From an uncultured bacterium (GTDB taxonomy: Bacteria > Cyanobacteriota > Vampirovibrionia > Gastranaerophilales > Gastranaerophilaceae), in contig CATLLN010000006.1 of assembly GCA_950022695.1 (NCBI GenBank), positions 12,216-76,215 on the forward strand: 64,000 nt of DNA, read 5' to 3'. Below, piece after piece: positions 1-8,464 of the stretch. The notes under the pieces are model-generated. The model was not told the DNA's origin. It did not search any database and saw only the letters and a program-made list of their open reading frames with translations. Within the stretch, counting starts at the first letter, position 1; each line of letters starts with the position of its first letter. Made by a program: the position numbers and the translations under genes.

Positions 1-284
1 GCTGCTATATTTTGGGTATCTTTACAGTGTTTTTCTGAAAGTTCTTGAAGTTCAGACATATTTAAACGAACAGATAATTTGTTTTCTGAAAGAATTTTTT
101 TAACATCAGGATTTTGAGAAATCAGTTTTTTGATTTCGCTTTCATTAAACAATTGAAGCGGTGAGTTACTTTGAAAACTATCCTGAATAGGATTTTGTCC
201 AAAGTACACATTTTTCCCGAAATTATTTAGTTGTATATTTGAATTCAAGCCAATAGAGTACCGGCTTGGATTAAATACTTCCAT
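1..284 (-). CDS. hypothetical protein, N-terminal part (gene runs off the window start)
   Basis: Own minus-strand translation from ATG at 284 (MEVFNPSRYSIGLNSNIQLNNFGKNVYFGQNPIQDSF...) stays open to position 1; no family recognised. Confidence 0.4.
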   Translation of the reverse strand, partial: MEVFNPSRYSIGLNSNIQLNNFGKNVYFGQNPIQDSFQSNSPLQLFNESEIKKLISQNPDVKKILSENKLSVRLNMSELQELSEKHCKDTQNIA

Positions 285-402
285 TCCCACCAATTACCAC
301 ACTTTAAATTTTCACACACGAACTACTTATTTATATAAAGTTTTTGTTTTAGAAAAAGTTGCTTAATAATTACAAAATGTTAATTTATGATACAATCAAA
401 AT

Positions 403-1215
403 ATGAAAGAATTTGATTTTTACATAGTTCCAACACCTATAGGAAATTTAGGCGATATAACATTACGCGCAATTGAAATCCTCAAATCTGTTGATTTAAT
501 TGCCTGCGAAGACAGCCGTGTTACACAAAAACTTTTAAATCATTTTGATATCAGAACAAAATGTGTTTCATATCACAAATATAATGAAAAAGAACGAATC
601 AATCAGATTTTAGAAACGCTTAAAAGCGGTAAAAAAATGGCGCTTGTATCAGACGCCGGAACTCCATTAATATGTGATCCCGGTTCTGTTATTGTAAAAG
701 AACTTCGCCAAAACGGATTTTCAATAACATCGCTTCCCGGTGCAAATGCTGTAATCACGTTACTTTCACAGGTTTCAAGAGAAGATGAAGAATTCACATT
801 TATAGGATTTTTACCAAAAACACAAACCAAAATTGAAGAAATCGCATTAAAATATAAACATAATGATTTTATTTTTTACGAATCACCAAACCGTGTTATA
901 CAGACTTTAGAAATCATTCAAAAAGTCCGCCCTGATTCAAAATGCGCTTTCGGACGCGAACTTACAAAAGTTTTTGAGGAAATCGTTGTTGATAAAACTG
1001 AAAATATCATTTCTCATTTAAAAAATAATATTACAAAAGGTGAATTTGTCTGCTTAATATTCAGAGACGAATCACAAACAGATTCAGCTGATTTTGAAGA
1101 TAAAGTAAAACTCCTCCAAGACAAAGGATTCAGTGCAAAAGACATATCCGTAATTCTTTCTGAACTGTATGGAATTAATAAAAATAAAATTTATAAAATT
1201 GCTGTCGGTAAATAG
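403..1215 (+). CDS. rsmI: 16S rRNA (cytidine1402-2'-O)-methyltransferase, tetrapyrrole-methylase fold
   Basis: N-terminal YIVPTPIGNLGDITLRAIEILKSVDLIACEDSRVTQKLL and SDAGTPLICDPG motifs typical of RsmI. Confidence 0.85.
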   Translation: MKEFDFYIVPTPIGNLGDITLRAIEILKSVDLIACEDSRVTQKLLNHFDIRTKCVSYHKYNEKERINQILETLKSGKKMALVSDAGTPLICDPGSVIVKELRQNGFSITSLPGANAVITLLSQVSREDEEFTFIGFLPKTQTKIEEIALKYKHNDFIFYESPNRVIQTLEIIQKVRPDSKCAFGRELTKVFEEIVVDKTENIISHLKNNITKGEFVCLIFRDESQTDSADFEDKVKLLQDKGFSAKDISVILSELYGINKNKIYKIAVGK

Positions 1216-1295
1216 ATGTAAATTATTTGCACATTTTTATTAATTCATGCTACAATTTTATTGGAGAATAGTGAGAGTTTGTAAGGAAGAAATTC

Positions 1296-3317
1296 TTGAA
1301 ATCTAATAAAATTACCAGACACTTAATGTTAGCAGTAATCTTGGTTGTAACGGCTCAGGCAAATTGCGGAGCTGTTGATGATGTGTGGGGCAACATGGGG
1401 TTAACAGATGAAGCCGTGCAGTACAATAACAACTACGCAAATACTGTTTTTGATAAGTATACAGATTACTCAAATTCAAAAAATGAAGATGTTTCAAACG
1501 GTCAATACCCTACAAATTTAACATCAGGTACAGATTCTGAAGTTTCTGACCCTGTTGAAAAAGAAAAAAGAATTATTAAGGATATTGAATTCTATGGACT
1601 TAATTCTATTGCAGAACAAGAATTAAGAGAAAAAATGCAGATGAAACAAGGCGGTGATTATTCCCGTAATCTGCTTCAGACTGATTTAAAAGCAATATAC
1701 GAAACAGGTTATTTCACTGAAAAAATGAAAGCTATCCCATCAAAAAATGATGACGGTACTGTTACTGTTAAAATTGTTCTAGAAGAAAATATTCCTGTAA
1801 AAGATTTTACTGTTGAAGGTAATTCCGTTGTGCCAATTGAAGATATTCTTGCTACCCTTAACGACATGAAAGGAAAACCACAAAATATCGCTCAATTAAA
1901 CACTGCAATTGCACAAATTCAAGAACTATATACCTCAAAAGGTTATATTTTAGCAAGAGTTGATTCTGTTTCTGATGATCCGGACGGAACAATTAATATA
2001 AGTATTAAAGAAGGTATTATCGACAAAATTATGATTGAAGGTAATGAAAAAACCAAAGATTATATTGTTGCACGTAATATCTTAACCGAACCAGGTATGA
2101 TTTATAACGAAAATCTTATAAAAGAAGACTTGGTAAGACTTTATGCTACTCAAGCATTCAAAGATGTAACACGTGAAATCGAACCTAGTGAAGAAATCCC
2201 TGATGCTTATGATATTACTATCAAAATTCAGGAACAAAGAACTGCAAGTATTTCTGTCGGCGGCGGTATTGATACAGTTACAGGTTTATTTGGTTCAATG
2301 GGAATTACAGAAAATAACTTCCGCGGCAGAGCAGAAAGATTATCTTTAACAGGCTTAGTCGGTACAGGGGTAATGCTTAACGATTCATCTGTTAAAGACC
2401 ATATGAATATTCAAGCTGAATTAAGCTACTTCAAACCATACTTATTCAACGCTGATACATCATTAAATAACAGATTATTCTTTAGAGATTTTGGTTCATA
2501 TCAAATTCCGCTTGCAATTGAAAGAAGATTCGGCGGTGAGATGACTGTTGCACACAGACTTAAAAAGAACAGACACGCAACTGCATCTTTCAGCTTAGGT
2601 GTTGAAAACATTGACGTTCGAGAAGGTGATTTTAACGGAATTTCAAGAATGTATCAAAAATATAATATTCCGATTGCAGAACGTGCAAAACAACTTGAAG
2701 GCGGATTATTTATGTCTTTAAGCCCTGCATTAATATATGATACAAGAGATTCCGCAACAGTTACAAGACACGGTACAATGGCAAGTTTAAGATTTGATGA
2801 AAACATAGGTCTTAACGGGTTTGATAAAACTAACGGAAAACTTACCGGTATGATTAAACAATATGTCCCTATCGGTAAAAAATCATCCTTATCATTCACT
2901 GCAAAAGGCGGCGGGGCAATCCACGGCGATATTCCTGAAGTTATGGCTTACCGTTTAGGTGGACCTTATACTGTAAGAGGTTTCAAAATGAGTGGTGTCG
3001 GTACAGGTAACGCATTTATCATGGGTTCTGCCGAATTTGCAACACCAATTCCATTCATGGATAGAACAAGAATTGCATTCTTAAATAATATAAGATTTAC
3101 TGTGTGGGCTGATGCAGGTAAAGTATTTGACGGAACAGTATCAAATACTATCTACGACAGACCTGAATACGCAGTATCTGCCGGTGTCGGTTTGAAAGTA
3201 TTTATCCCGGGCATGGGACCTTTATCAATCGACTACGGTATCCCGCTTACAAATCCGGGTGACAGTGGTTCCAAAAACGGTTACTTCACTTTCGGTGTAG
3301 GGGACTTATTATACTAA
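1296..3317 (+). CDS. bamA: outer membrane protein assembly factor BamA (Omp85 family, POTRA repeats + beta-barrel)
   Basis: TTG start 6 nt after AAGGAAG; signal peptide; repeated POTRA-like segments (IKDIEFYGLNS, VKDFTVEGNS, IDKIMIEGNEKT); C-terminal barrel ending in aromatic residue (GVGDLLY). Confidence 0.85.
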   Translation: MKSNKITRHLMLAVILVVTAQANCGAVDDVWGNMGLTDEAVQYNNNYANTVFDKYTDYSNSKNEDVSNGQYPTNLTSGTDSEVSDPVEKEKRIIKDIEFYGLNSIAEQELREKMQMKQGGDYSRNLLQTDLKAIYETGYFTEKMKAIPSKNDDGTVTVKIVLEENIPVKDFTVEGNSVVPIEDILATLNDMKGKPQNIAQLNTAIAQIQELYTSKGYILARVDSVSDDPDGTINISIKEGIIDKIMIEGNEKTKDYIVARNILTEPGMIYNENLIKEDLVRLYATQAFKDVTREIEPSEEIPDAYDITIKIQEQRTASISVGGGIDTVTGLFGSMGITENNFRGRAERLSLTGLVGTGVMLNDSSVKDHMNIQAELSYFKPYLFNADTSLNNRLFFRDFGSYQIPLAIERRFGGEMTVAHRLKKNRHATASFSLGVENIDVREGDFNGISRMYQKYNIPIAERAKQLEGGLFMSLSPALIYDTRDSATVTRHGTMASLRFDENIGLNGFDKTNGKLTGMIKQYVPIGKKSSLSFTAKGGGAIHGDIPEVMAYRLGGPYTVRGFKMSGVGTGNAFIMGSAEFATPIPFMDRTRIAFLNNIRFTVWADAGKVFDGTVSNTIYDRPEYAVSAGVGLKVFIPGMGPLSIDYGIPLTNPGDSGSKNGYFTFGVGDLLY

Positions 3318-3346
3318 TATAATTAATTAATATATAGGAGGGTTTT

Positions 3347-3796
3347 ATGAAAAACTTAAAATTAATGGCTTTAATAATGGCTGCCGGTCTTGTTATTTCT
3401 ACAGGTACACAGGCAAATGCAGAAGTTGGTTACCTGAACTATCAAAAAGTTCTTGAAAACTACCCTGCAGCACAACAAGCAGTAAAAGAAATTGATGCTA
3501 AAAGCTTAGAATTACAACAATACATGGTTGATAAAGAAAAACAATACAAATCTTTAGATACACCATTAAAAAAACAAAACTTTGAATCTCAAACAGCAAC
3601 TGAATTTAACGCTAAACAAGAAGCTTTATATAAACTTAGAAGCAACAAAGAAGCTCAGATTTTAAATCAAATTCAAACAGCAGCAAAAGCTGTTATGGTT
3701 TCACAAAAACTTGATGCAGTTTTATCAGATCAAGTAATCTTCGTTGGCGGAGTTGATATCACTGATTTAATTATTCAAAAATTAAAAGGACAATAG
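3347..3796 (+). CDS. OmpH/Skp-like periplasmic chaperone
   Basis: Signal peptide, ~150 aa coiled-coil-rich protein immediately downstream of bamA (conserved bamA-skp synteny); strong SD AGGAGGG. Confidence 0.7.
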   Translation: MKNLKLMALIMAAGLVISTGTQANAEVGYLNYQKVLENYPAAQQAVKEIDAKSLELQQYMVDKEKQYKSLDTPLKKQNFESQTATEFNAKQEALYKLRSNKEAQILNQIQTAAKAVMVSQKLDAVLSDQVIFVGGVDITDLIIQKLKGQ

Positions 3797-3809
3797 AAAA
3801 ACAAAACTT

Positions 3810-3833
3810 CATTCCGGGTTAAAGCCCGGAATG
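3810..3833 (+). terminator. hairpin terminator after skp-like gene
   Basis: CATTCCGGG-ttaaag-CCCGGAATG perfect 9-bp stem followed by A/T-rich tract (weak U-run). Confidence 0.45.
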
Positions 3834-3856
3834 ATAATTTAAAACGAGGCATTTTA

Positions 3857-4615
3857 ATGAAATATTCACAAGACGGAGTTCAGTATCATATTGGTTTAAA
3901 ACAGGGTGATGTCGGTAAATACGTAATTTTACCGGGCGACCCGAAGCGCTGCGCGAAAATCGCACAGTACTTTGACGAACCGAAACTTGTTGCAGATAAT
4001 AGGGAATACGTGACATACACCGGTTATCTTGACGGTGAAAAAGTCAGTGTAACATCAACCGGTATCGGCGGTCCGTCTGCTGCCATTGCATTAGAAGAAC
4101 TTGTAAATGTCGGCGCAGAAACTTTTATTCGTGTCGGAACCTGCGGCGGTATGCAAATTGATGTTAAAGGCGGAGATATAGTTATTGCAACAGGTGCAAT
4201 CCGCGCGGAAGGTACATCAAAAGAATATGCTCCGATAGAATTTCCGGCTGTAGCAAATCTTGATGTTACAAATGCTCTTGTACAAGCCTCAAAAAATCTC
4301 GGATATACTTCACATACAGGCGTTGTACAATGTAAAGATTCATTCTACGGTCAGCATTCACCTGAAACAAAACCAGTAAGCGATGAACTTTTAAACAAAT
4401 GGGAAGCCTGGAAACGCTTAGGTTGTCTGGCATCGGAAATGGAATCTGCGGCATTATTTGTTGTTGCAAGTTATTTAAACGTCAAAGTCGGTTCGGTATT
4501 TCTAACTGTAGCAAACCAGGAACGCGAAAAACAAAATCTTGAAAATCCTGTTGTTCACGATACTGAAAAAGCAATTAAAACCGCTATTGAAGCAATTAAA
4601 ATATTAAAAGGATAA
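3857..4615 (+). CDS. nucleoside phosphorylase (PNP/UDP family, uridine-phosphorylase-like)
   Basis: [38 protein letters not shown] and SEMESAALF motifs of the PNP_UDP_1 family. Confidence 0.8.
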   Translation: MKYSQDGVQYHIGLKQGDVGKYVILPGDPKRCAKIAQYFDEPKLVADNREYVTYTGYLDGEKVSVTSTGIGGPSAAIALEELVNVGAETFIRVGTCGGMQIDVKGGDIVIATGAIRAEGTSKEYAPIEFPAVANLDVTNALVQASKNLGYTSHTGVVQCKDSFYGQHSPETKPVSDELLNKWEAWKRLGCLASEMESAALFVVASYLNVKVGSVFLTVANQEREKQNLENPVVHDTEKAIKTAIEAIKILKG

Positions 4616-4619
4616 AATT

Positions 4620-6098
4620 ATGTTCAAAAAGAGAATGGAATATGTAATCAAAACCTGCTCAGCAGAAAATGCTCAAGAACTTCAAAACCTTCTTAATGAA
4701 ATGTCAATGAACAGCTGGGAATTATACAGCATGCACGAAGTCGGTGATGAAGAATCTGATAACCAATTGAACTGCATATTTATGCGCGAAGCAAAATCTG
4801 AAAATAATTCCGAATCTGACATAATTAATATCTCTGATTTTAAAAGTCAAATGGAAAAAATGCTTTCTCCAAAACTTACAGAATACGAACAATGTCTTGA
4901 AATTCAATCAAAAATCAGAGGACAAAAACAAAAAATCAATAAGATTAAGGCAGAACTTGAAGGGGAAGCACCTGCATCAGTTCCGAGAAAAAAACTTAAT
5001 GACAAAATTTCTGCAGGCTTAAAAGAGCTTGAAGACTTGAAAGCACAATTAAACAAAGCAACATCACCTGATTTAATGTACTCTAAACTTCACGAAGAAA
5101 AGCTTACTATTTATTTAAGCGAAGAACTTTTGGGTTTTGTGGATTCTGACCGCGAGAATTCAGGTGAAGAACTTATCGCGGAAACCGTAAAATCACGTCT
5201 TAAATTAACAGAACAAAACGGTTATATTATTCCAAAAGTCGTATTTAAAGATGATGAAAACCTTAATCCTTGCGAATTCAGTATCAGAATCCGCGGAATG
5301 GAAGTATTCAGAGCAGGAGTTTGTCCTGAATATTTGATGTTTTACGCTGACGAAATCCACACAGAGCATAAAATTAAAAATTCAATTAATGCAATTGATT
5401 CAATCACAGACAGAAAAACTATTTGGATTGAAAAAGATAAAGCAAAAGACTTCTGGCAAAAAGGTATCACACCGTCAGAATATATAGCAAAAGCTCTTGA
5501 ATATGTTGCAATTAAATATGTTGATGACCTTCTGGACTATGAGGATATAGACAAATATCTTGAAGTTGTTGAAAAAGAAAACGAGTATTTAATTGAAAAC
5601 ATCGTTCCGGATTTATTAACATATTCAGATATCAAATATCTGTTAGTAAGCCTTATTAAAGAAAAAGTTTCGATAAAAAATATCACATATATTTTTGAAA
5701 AGATTAACGACTTCGCAGAAGAAGGCAGTAAATCAGATATCTTAAACAAAATTCGTTTATCATTATCAAGACAAATTTGTAGAGCCTACACCAACGAAGA
5801 CGGTGAAACAATCAGCGCATTTGAGCTTTCTGAAAAAACATATTCAGATATCGTGCTTGGCTGTGATGAAACAGAGGACAGTTTGATAAAAATTGACGGC
5901 GAACTGGCAGAAAAACTTGCGACAAAAATCACTAAAAAAGCCAAAAAATTAAACATTCATTCGCCAAAATTGGTAGTACCGATGGAATACAGACAGATAT
6001 TTTTCACGCTGTTGTCGCTTTATATCAATGATATAACAGTTTTGGCACACGAAGAAATCGGCTGTTTATACAAGCTTGAAACTCTGGGCGAAATCTAG
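4620..6098 (+). CDS. soluble FlhA/SctV (FHIPEP) cytoplasmic-domain homologue with DUF4177-like N-terminus and coiled coil; no transmembrane region
   Basis: Residues ~160-490 align by eye along the FlhA C-terminal domain (IPKVVFKDDENLNPCEFSIRIRGMEVFRAG vs PPVxIRDNxxLxPxxYxIxxKGVEV; LIENIVPDLLTYSDIKYLLVSLIKEKVSIKNITYIFEKI vs LVxxLVPxxLxLxxxxKVLQNLLxExVxIRDxxTILEtL). Confidence 0.7.
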   Translation: MFKKRMEYVIKTCSAENAQELQNLLNEMSMNSWELYSMHEVGDEESDNQLNCIFMREAKSENNSESDIINISDFKSQMEKMLSPKLTEYEQCLEIQSKIRGQKQKINKIKAELEGEAPASVPRKKLNDKISAGLKELEDLKAQLNKATSPDLMYSKLHEEKLTIYLSEELLGFVDSDRENSGEELIAETVKSRLKLTEQNGYIIPKVVFKDDENLNPCEFSIRIRGMEVFRAGVCPEYLMFYADEIHTEHKIKNSINAIDSITDRKTIWIEKDKAKDFWQKGITPSEYIAKALEYVAIKYVDDLLDYEDIDKYLEVVEKENEYLIENIVPDLLTYSDIKYLLVSLIKEKVSIKNITYIFEKINDFAEEGSKSDILNKIRLSLSRQICRAYTNEDGETISAFELSEKTYSDIVLGCDETEDSLIKIDGELAEKLATKITKKAKKLNIHSPKLVVPMEYRQIFFTLLSLYINDITVLAHEEIGCLYKLETLGEI

Positions 6099-6101
6099 GG
6101 G

Positions 6102-6123
6102 GGAAACCGTCATTCCGGCCGCC
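6102..6123. terminator. GC-rich hairpin between convergent genes
   Basis: ATTCCGGC-cgccga-GCCGGAAT 8-bp stem; lies between the 4620-6098 (+) and 6140-6343 (-) genes; poor U-tract. Confidence 0.4.
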
Positions 6124-6139
6124 GAGCCGGAATCTATTT

Positions 6140-6343
6140 CTAATCCGGTATATATTTAAACAAATCATTTGGTGTACAATCCAAGGCGTAACACAATTTG
6201 CCAAGCGTAGAGAAATCAACACCTTTTGTCTTATCATTATATAATTTATGAATAGTATTATAACTAACACCAGCCAACTTTGCAGTTTCTGCAATAGTCA
6301 TACGGCGCTTTCCTATCATTGTTGAAACATTGTTTTTTAACAT
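6140..6343 (-). CDS. XRE-family helix-turn-helix transcriptional regulator (short, YozG-like)
   Basis: RMTIAETAKLAGVSYNTIHKLYNDK HTH core, 67 aa. Confidence 0.75.
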   Translation of the reverse strand: MLKNNVSTMIGKRRMTIAETAKLAGVSYNTIHKLYNDKTKGVDFSTLGKLCYALDCTPNDLFKYIPD

Positions 6344-6350
6344 AATATTA

Positions 6351-6566
6351 TTAATTTATTTGTAACAGTTTACTTACATCCACCTCAAAAAAGTCCGCGA
6401 TTTTCTCAAGCTTATCGATTGTAATATTTATTGTTCCACGCTCAAGCTTACTAATATACGAATTGTCAAACCCCAAAGATAAAGATAATTCTTCTCTTTT
6501 TAAGCATTTTTCTGTTCTATATTTTTTAATATTTTTCGCAATACGCTCTCTGGAATATTGATTCAT
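6351..6566 (-). CDS. XRE-family HTH transcriptional regulator
   Basis: REELSLSLGFDNSYISKLERG HTH_3-type core; tandem paralogue of 6627-6842. Confidence 0.8.
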   Translation of the reverse strand: MNQYSRERIAKNIKKYRTEKCLKREELSLSLGFDNSYISKLERGTINITIDKLEKIADFFEVDVSKLLQIN

Positions 6567-6626
6567 ATTCCATATATTGATGTATTTTTACATTTTCATA
6601 CAGGACTAATATTCCAATATTTTTTA

Positions 6627-6842
6627 TTAGTTTTCATCTAATAACTTAACAATTTTAACATTCAACACATTTGCAATTTGTTCAAGTTTATCTATCGTAA
6701 TATTAACATTTTTACGCTCAAGTTTACTAATATACGAGTTATCAAAACCTAAAATTAAAGATAACTCTTCTTTTGTGAGACCTTTTATTATTCTATACTT
6801 ATTCACATTTTTAGCAATATATTTTCTTGCTTCTTGACTCAT
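6627..6842 (-). CDS. XRE-family HTH transcriptional regulator
   Basis: KEELSLILGFDNSYISKLERK core; ~60% identical by eye to the neighbouring 6351-6566 product. Confidence 0.8.
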   Translation of the reverse strand: MSQEARKYIAKNVNKYRIIKGLTKEELSLILGFDNSYISKLERKNVNITIDKLEQIANVLNVKIVKLLDEN

Positions 6843-6908
6843 ATTCCAATTTTGTGATATAAATAATTATATTGACAGGAATAACATTCCATTAATTAGG
6901 AGGTAAAA

Positions 6909-7226
6909 ATGAAAAGGATTTTAATCAGTATGTTAGTCATTGGCGCAAGCGCGACAACAGCGTTCGCGGATGATTTATTTGCACCGCACGGGGTATTATA
7001 CGGAGAAACTGTTGCACCGTATTCTACTTACTTTGATTCATCTGTAGCACCGCGCAAGTCAGGCGAAGCAACATGTAAAAACTACTTTTTGCTCGTTGCA
7101 AAAGGTAATTGCAGTATTCAAGATGCAATGCGGGACGGCGATATCACTAAAATTCAATCTATAGACAGAAAAAACAAAAACATCCTGTTCTACCAAAAAT
7201 CAACAATCGTTGTTCACGGTGAATAA
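6909..7226 (+). CDS. small secreted protein, TRL-like family (tentative)
   Basis: Signal peptide; pattern GVLYGET...SGEATCKNYFLLVAKGNCSIQDAMRDGDITKIQSID...VVHGE resembles TRL-like proteins; SD AGGAGG. Confidence 0.5.
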   Translation: MKRILISMLVIGASATTAFADDLFAPHGVLYGETVAPYSTYFDSSVAPRKSGEATCKNYFLLVAKGNCSIQDAMRDGDITKIQSIDRKNKNILFYQKSTIVVHGE

Positions 7227-7228
7227 GG

Positions 7229-7708
7229 ATGAAAAAAGTTTTTTCTTTATTGGCAGCCCTAATAATAGGGCTGCTTCCCTTAAACGCTATTGCTGAATCT
7301 ATTCCGCTTGCGCTGCGTATCACCGAAACTGTAGATTCTGAAACTCTTGACCCGAAAACAGGTATTAATGCTGAAATTGTGTCAGATGTTATTGTTAATG
7401 GAGAAACTCTTTTTAAAAAGGGTTCTTATGCAAAGCTATATACAAAAAACGTTACAAAGCGTGCACGTATGGGTAAAGGCGGATATATTGAAGCGCGAAA
7501 AGGGATTATAACAGACATAAACGGAAATGAACATCTTGTTACAACAAGGTTAAAGGTTCAAGGGCTGGATAAAGATTGGGTTATTCCGACTGTGACGTTT
7601 TGTGCTATTACAATAATCCTTAGTCCCGTTAGTCTTGTTGGCCTTAAAAAAGGATATTCTGCCGTAATCGAAGAAGGGACTACTGTCGATGCAGTGTTGG
7701 AGAGGTAA
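7229..7708 (+). CDS. hypothetical secreted/membrane-anchored protein
   Basis: Signal peptide plus one C-proximal hydrophobic segment; translationally coupled to upstream gene. Confidence 0.5.
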   Translation: MKKVFSLLAALIIGLLPLNAIAESIPLALRITETVDSETLDPKTGINAEIVSDVIVNGETLFKKGSYAKLYTKNVTKRARMGKGGYIEARKGIITDINGNEHLVTTRLKVQGLDKDWVIPTVTFCAITIILSPVSLVGLKKGYSAVIEEGTTVDAVLER

Positions 7709-7739
7709 CTAGTTGGTAGCAATATATTTACCCCTACCC

Positions 7740-8411
7740 CTATTTTGACGGCATAAAATGGTACACCAGAAGCAGTGTCAAAATTGATGCCAAACCTACA
7801 ATTTTAAACTTCAAAATCGCAAAAGTTACGACTGCTCCAATAATCAATGCAAGAATAAATCGTTTTATAATTTCTTTTATTTTTTGGTTTACTTGTTTTT
7901 CAAGCCTGTATTCATGAGCCATCTTTTCAATATTAGACTGTCCTTTAGCTTTTTCTTCCACTGTTTCATCAATAACTTCGCTTTCTTTAAGTTCTTCTAC
8001 AGCATCTTTGTATGTTCTGTTCACAAAGCGTTCAACTAAAGACAGAACAACAGCTTCGGGAGCATCATTTTTTACACAGGCAAACATAACTTCCCACATC
8101 GCATACCAGATTTTTTGCATAACGCCTTTCCAGTATCTTGCAGGGATTCCTGAACGAAACAGGTCGATTTCCTTGTGAAAAGACCATTCTGCAATGACTT
8201 GAATATAAAAACACTGATTATCAAAATCCAATCTGCTGAATTCTTCATTTTCCTGAATAGACGTTGCCATAAGAGTTGCAGACTTTCGAATATTTGTAAT
8301 AAGGTAACTTTTTTGCAGCTCATTAACATCCTGAGGAAGCAAAGGTGTTACCTGCTCAATCAAATTCTCAATAAAATCCGTATATTTTTTATCGATAACC
8401 GGTTCGTCCAT
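7740..8411 (-). CDS. hypothetical protein with C-terminal transmembrane anchor
   Basis: 223-aa ORF, C-terminal ILALIIGAVVTFAILKFKIVGLASILTLLLV hydrophobic stretch; no family recognised. Confidence 0.5.
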   Translation of the reverse strand: MDEPVIDKKYTDFIENLIEQVTPLLPQDVNELQKSYLITNIRKSATLMATSIQENEEFSRLDFDNQCFYIQVIAEWSFHKEIDLFRSGIPARYWKGVMQKIWYAMWEVMFACVKNDAPEAVVLSLVERFVNRTYKDAVEELKESEVIDETVEEKAKGQSNIEKMAHEYRLEKQVNQKIKEIIKRFILALIIGAVVTFAILKFKIVGLASILTLLLVYHFMPSK

Positions 8412-8464
8412 TTTATTATTATAGGAAATAAGTTATCAGAATTTGTCATATATATAGACTAAAT

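Noticed and set aside
603-830. Antisense or out-of-frame ORFs nested in well-supported genes. Examples from the ORF track: 603-830, 1312-1497, 2654-2899, 3819-4016, 4266-4469, 8072-8462, 8940-9239, 13813-14049, 14837-15658, 18939-19740, 27001-27339, 28782-29168, 34296-35179, 45293-46135, 47104-47469, 51035-51361, 53928-54218, 55802-56014, 56672-57089 and 59683-59976.
   Set aside because: Each lies entirely inside a longer ORF with clear family motifs on the other strand or frame. They lack SD sequences and have low-complexity or odd composition, so they are treated as shadow ORFs.
6872-6877. TTGACA as the -35 of the TRL-like gene promoter
   Set aside because: No acceptable -10 sits at 16-18 nt spacing before the SD at 6898. 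The hexamer more likely belongs to the spacer of the opposite XRE promoter.
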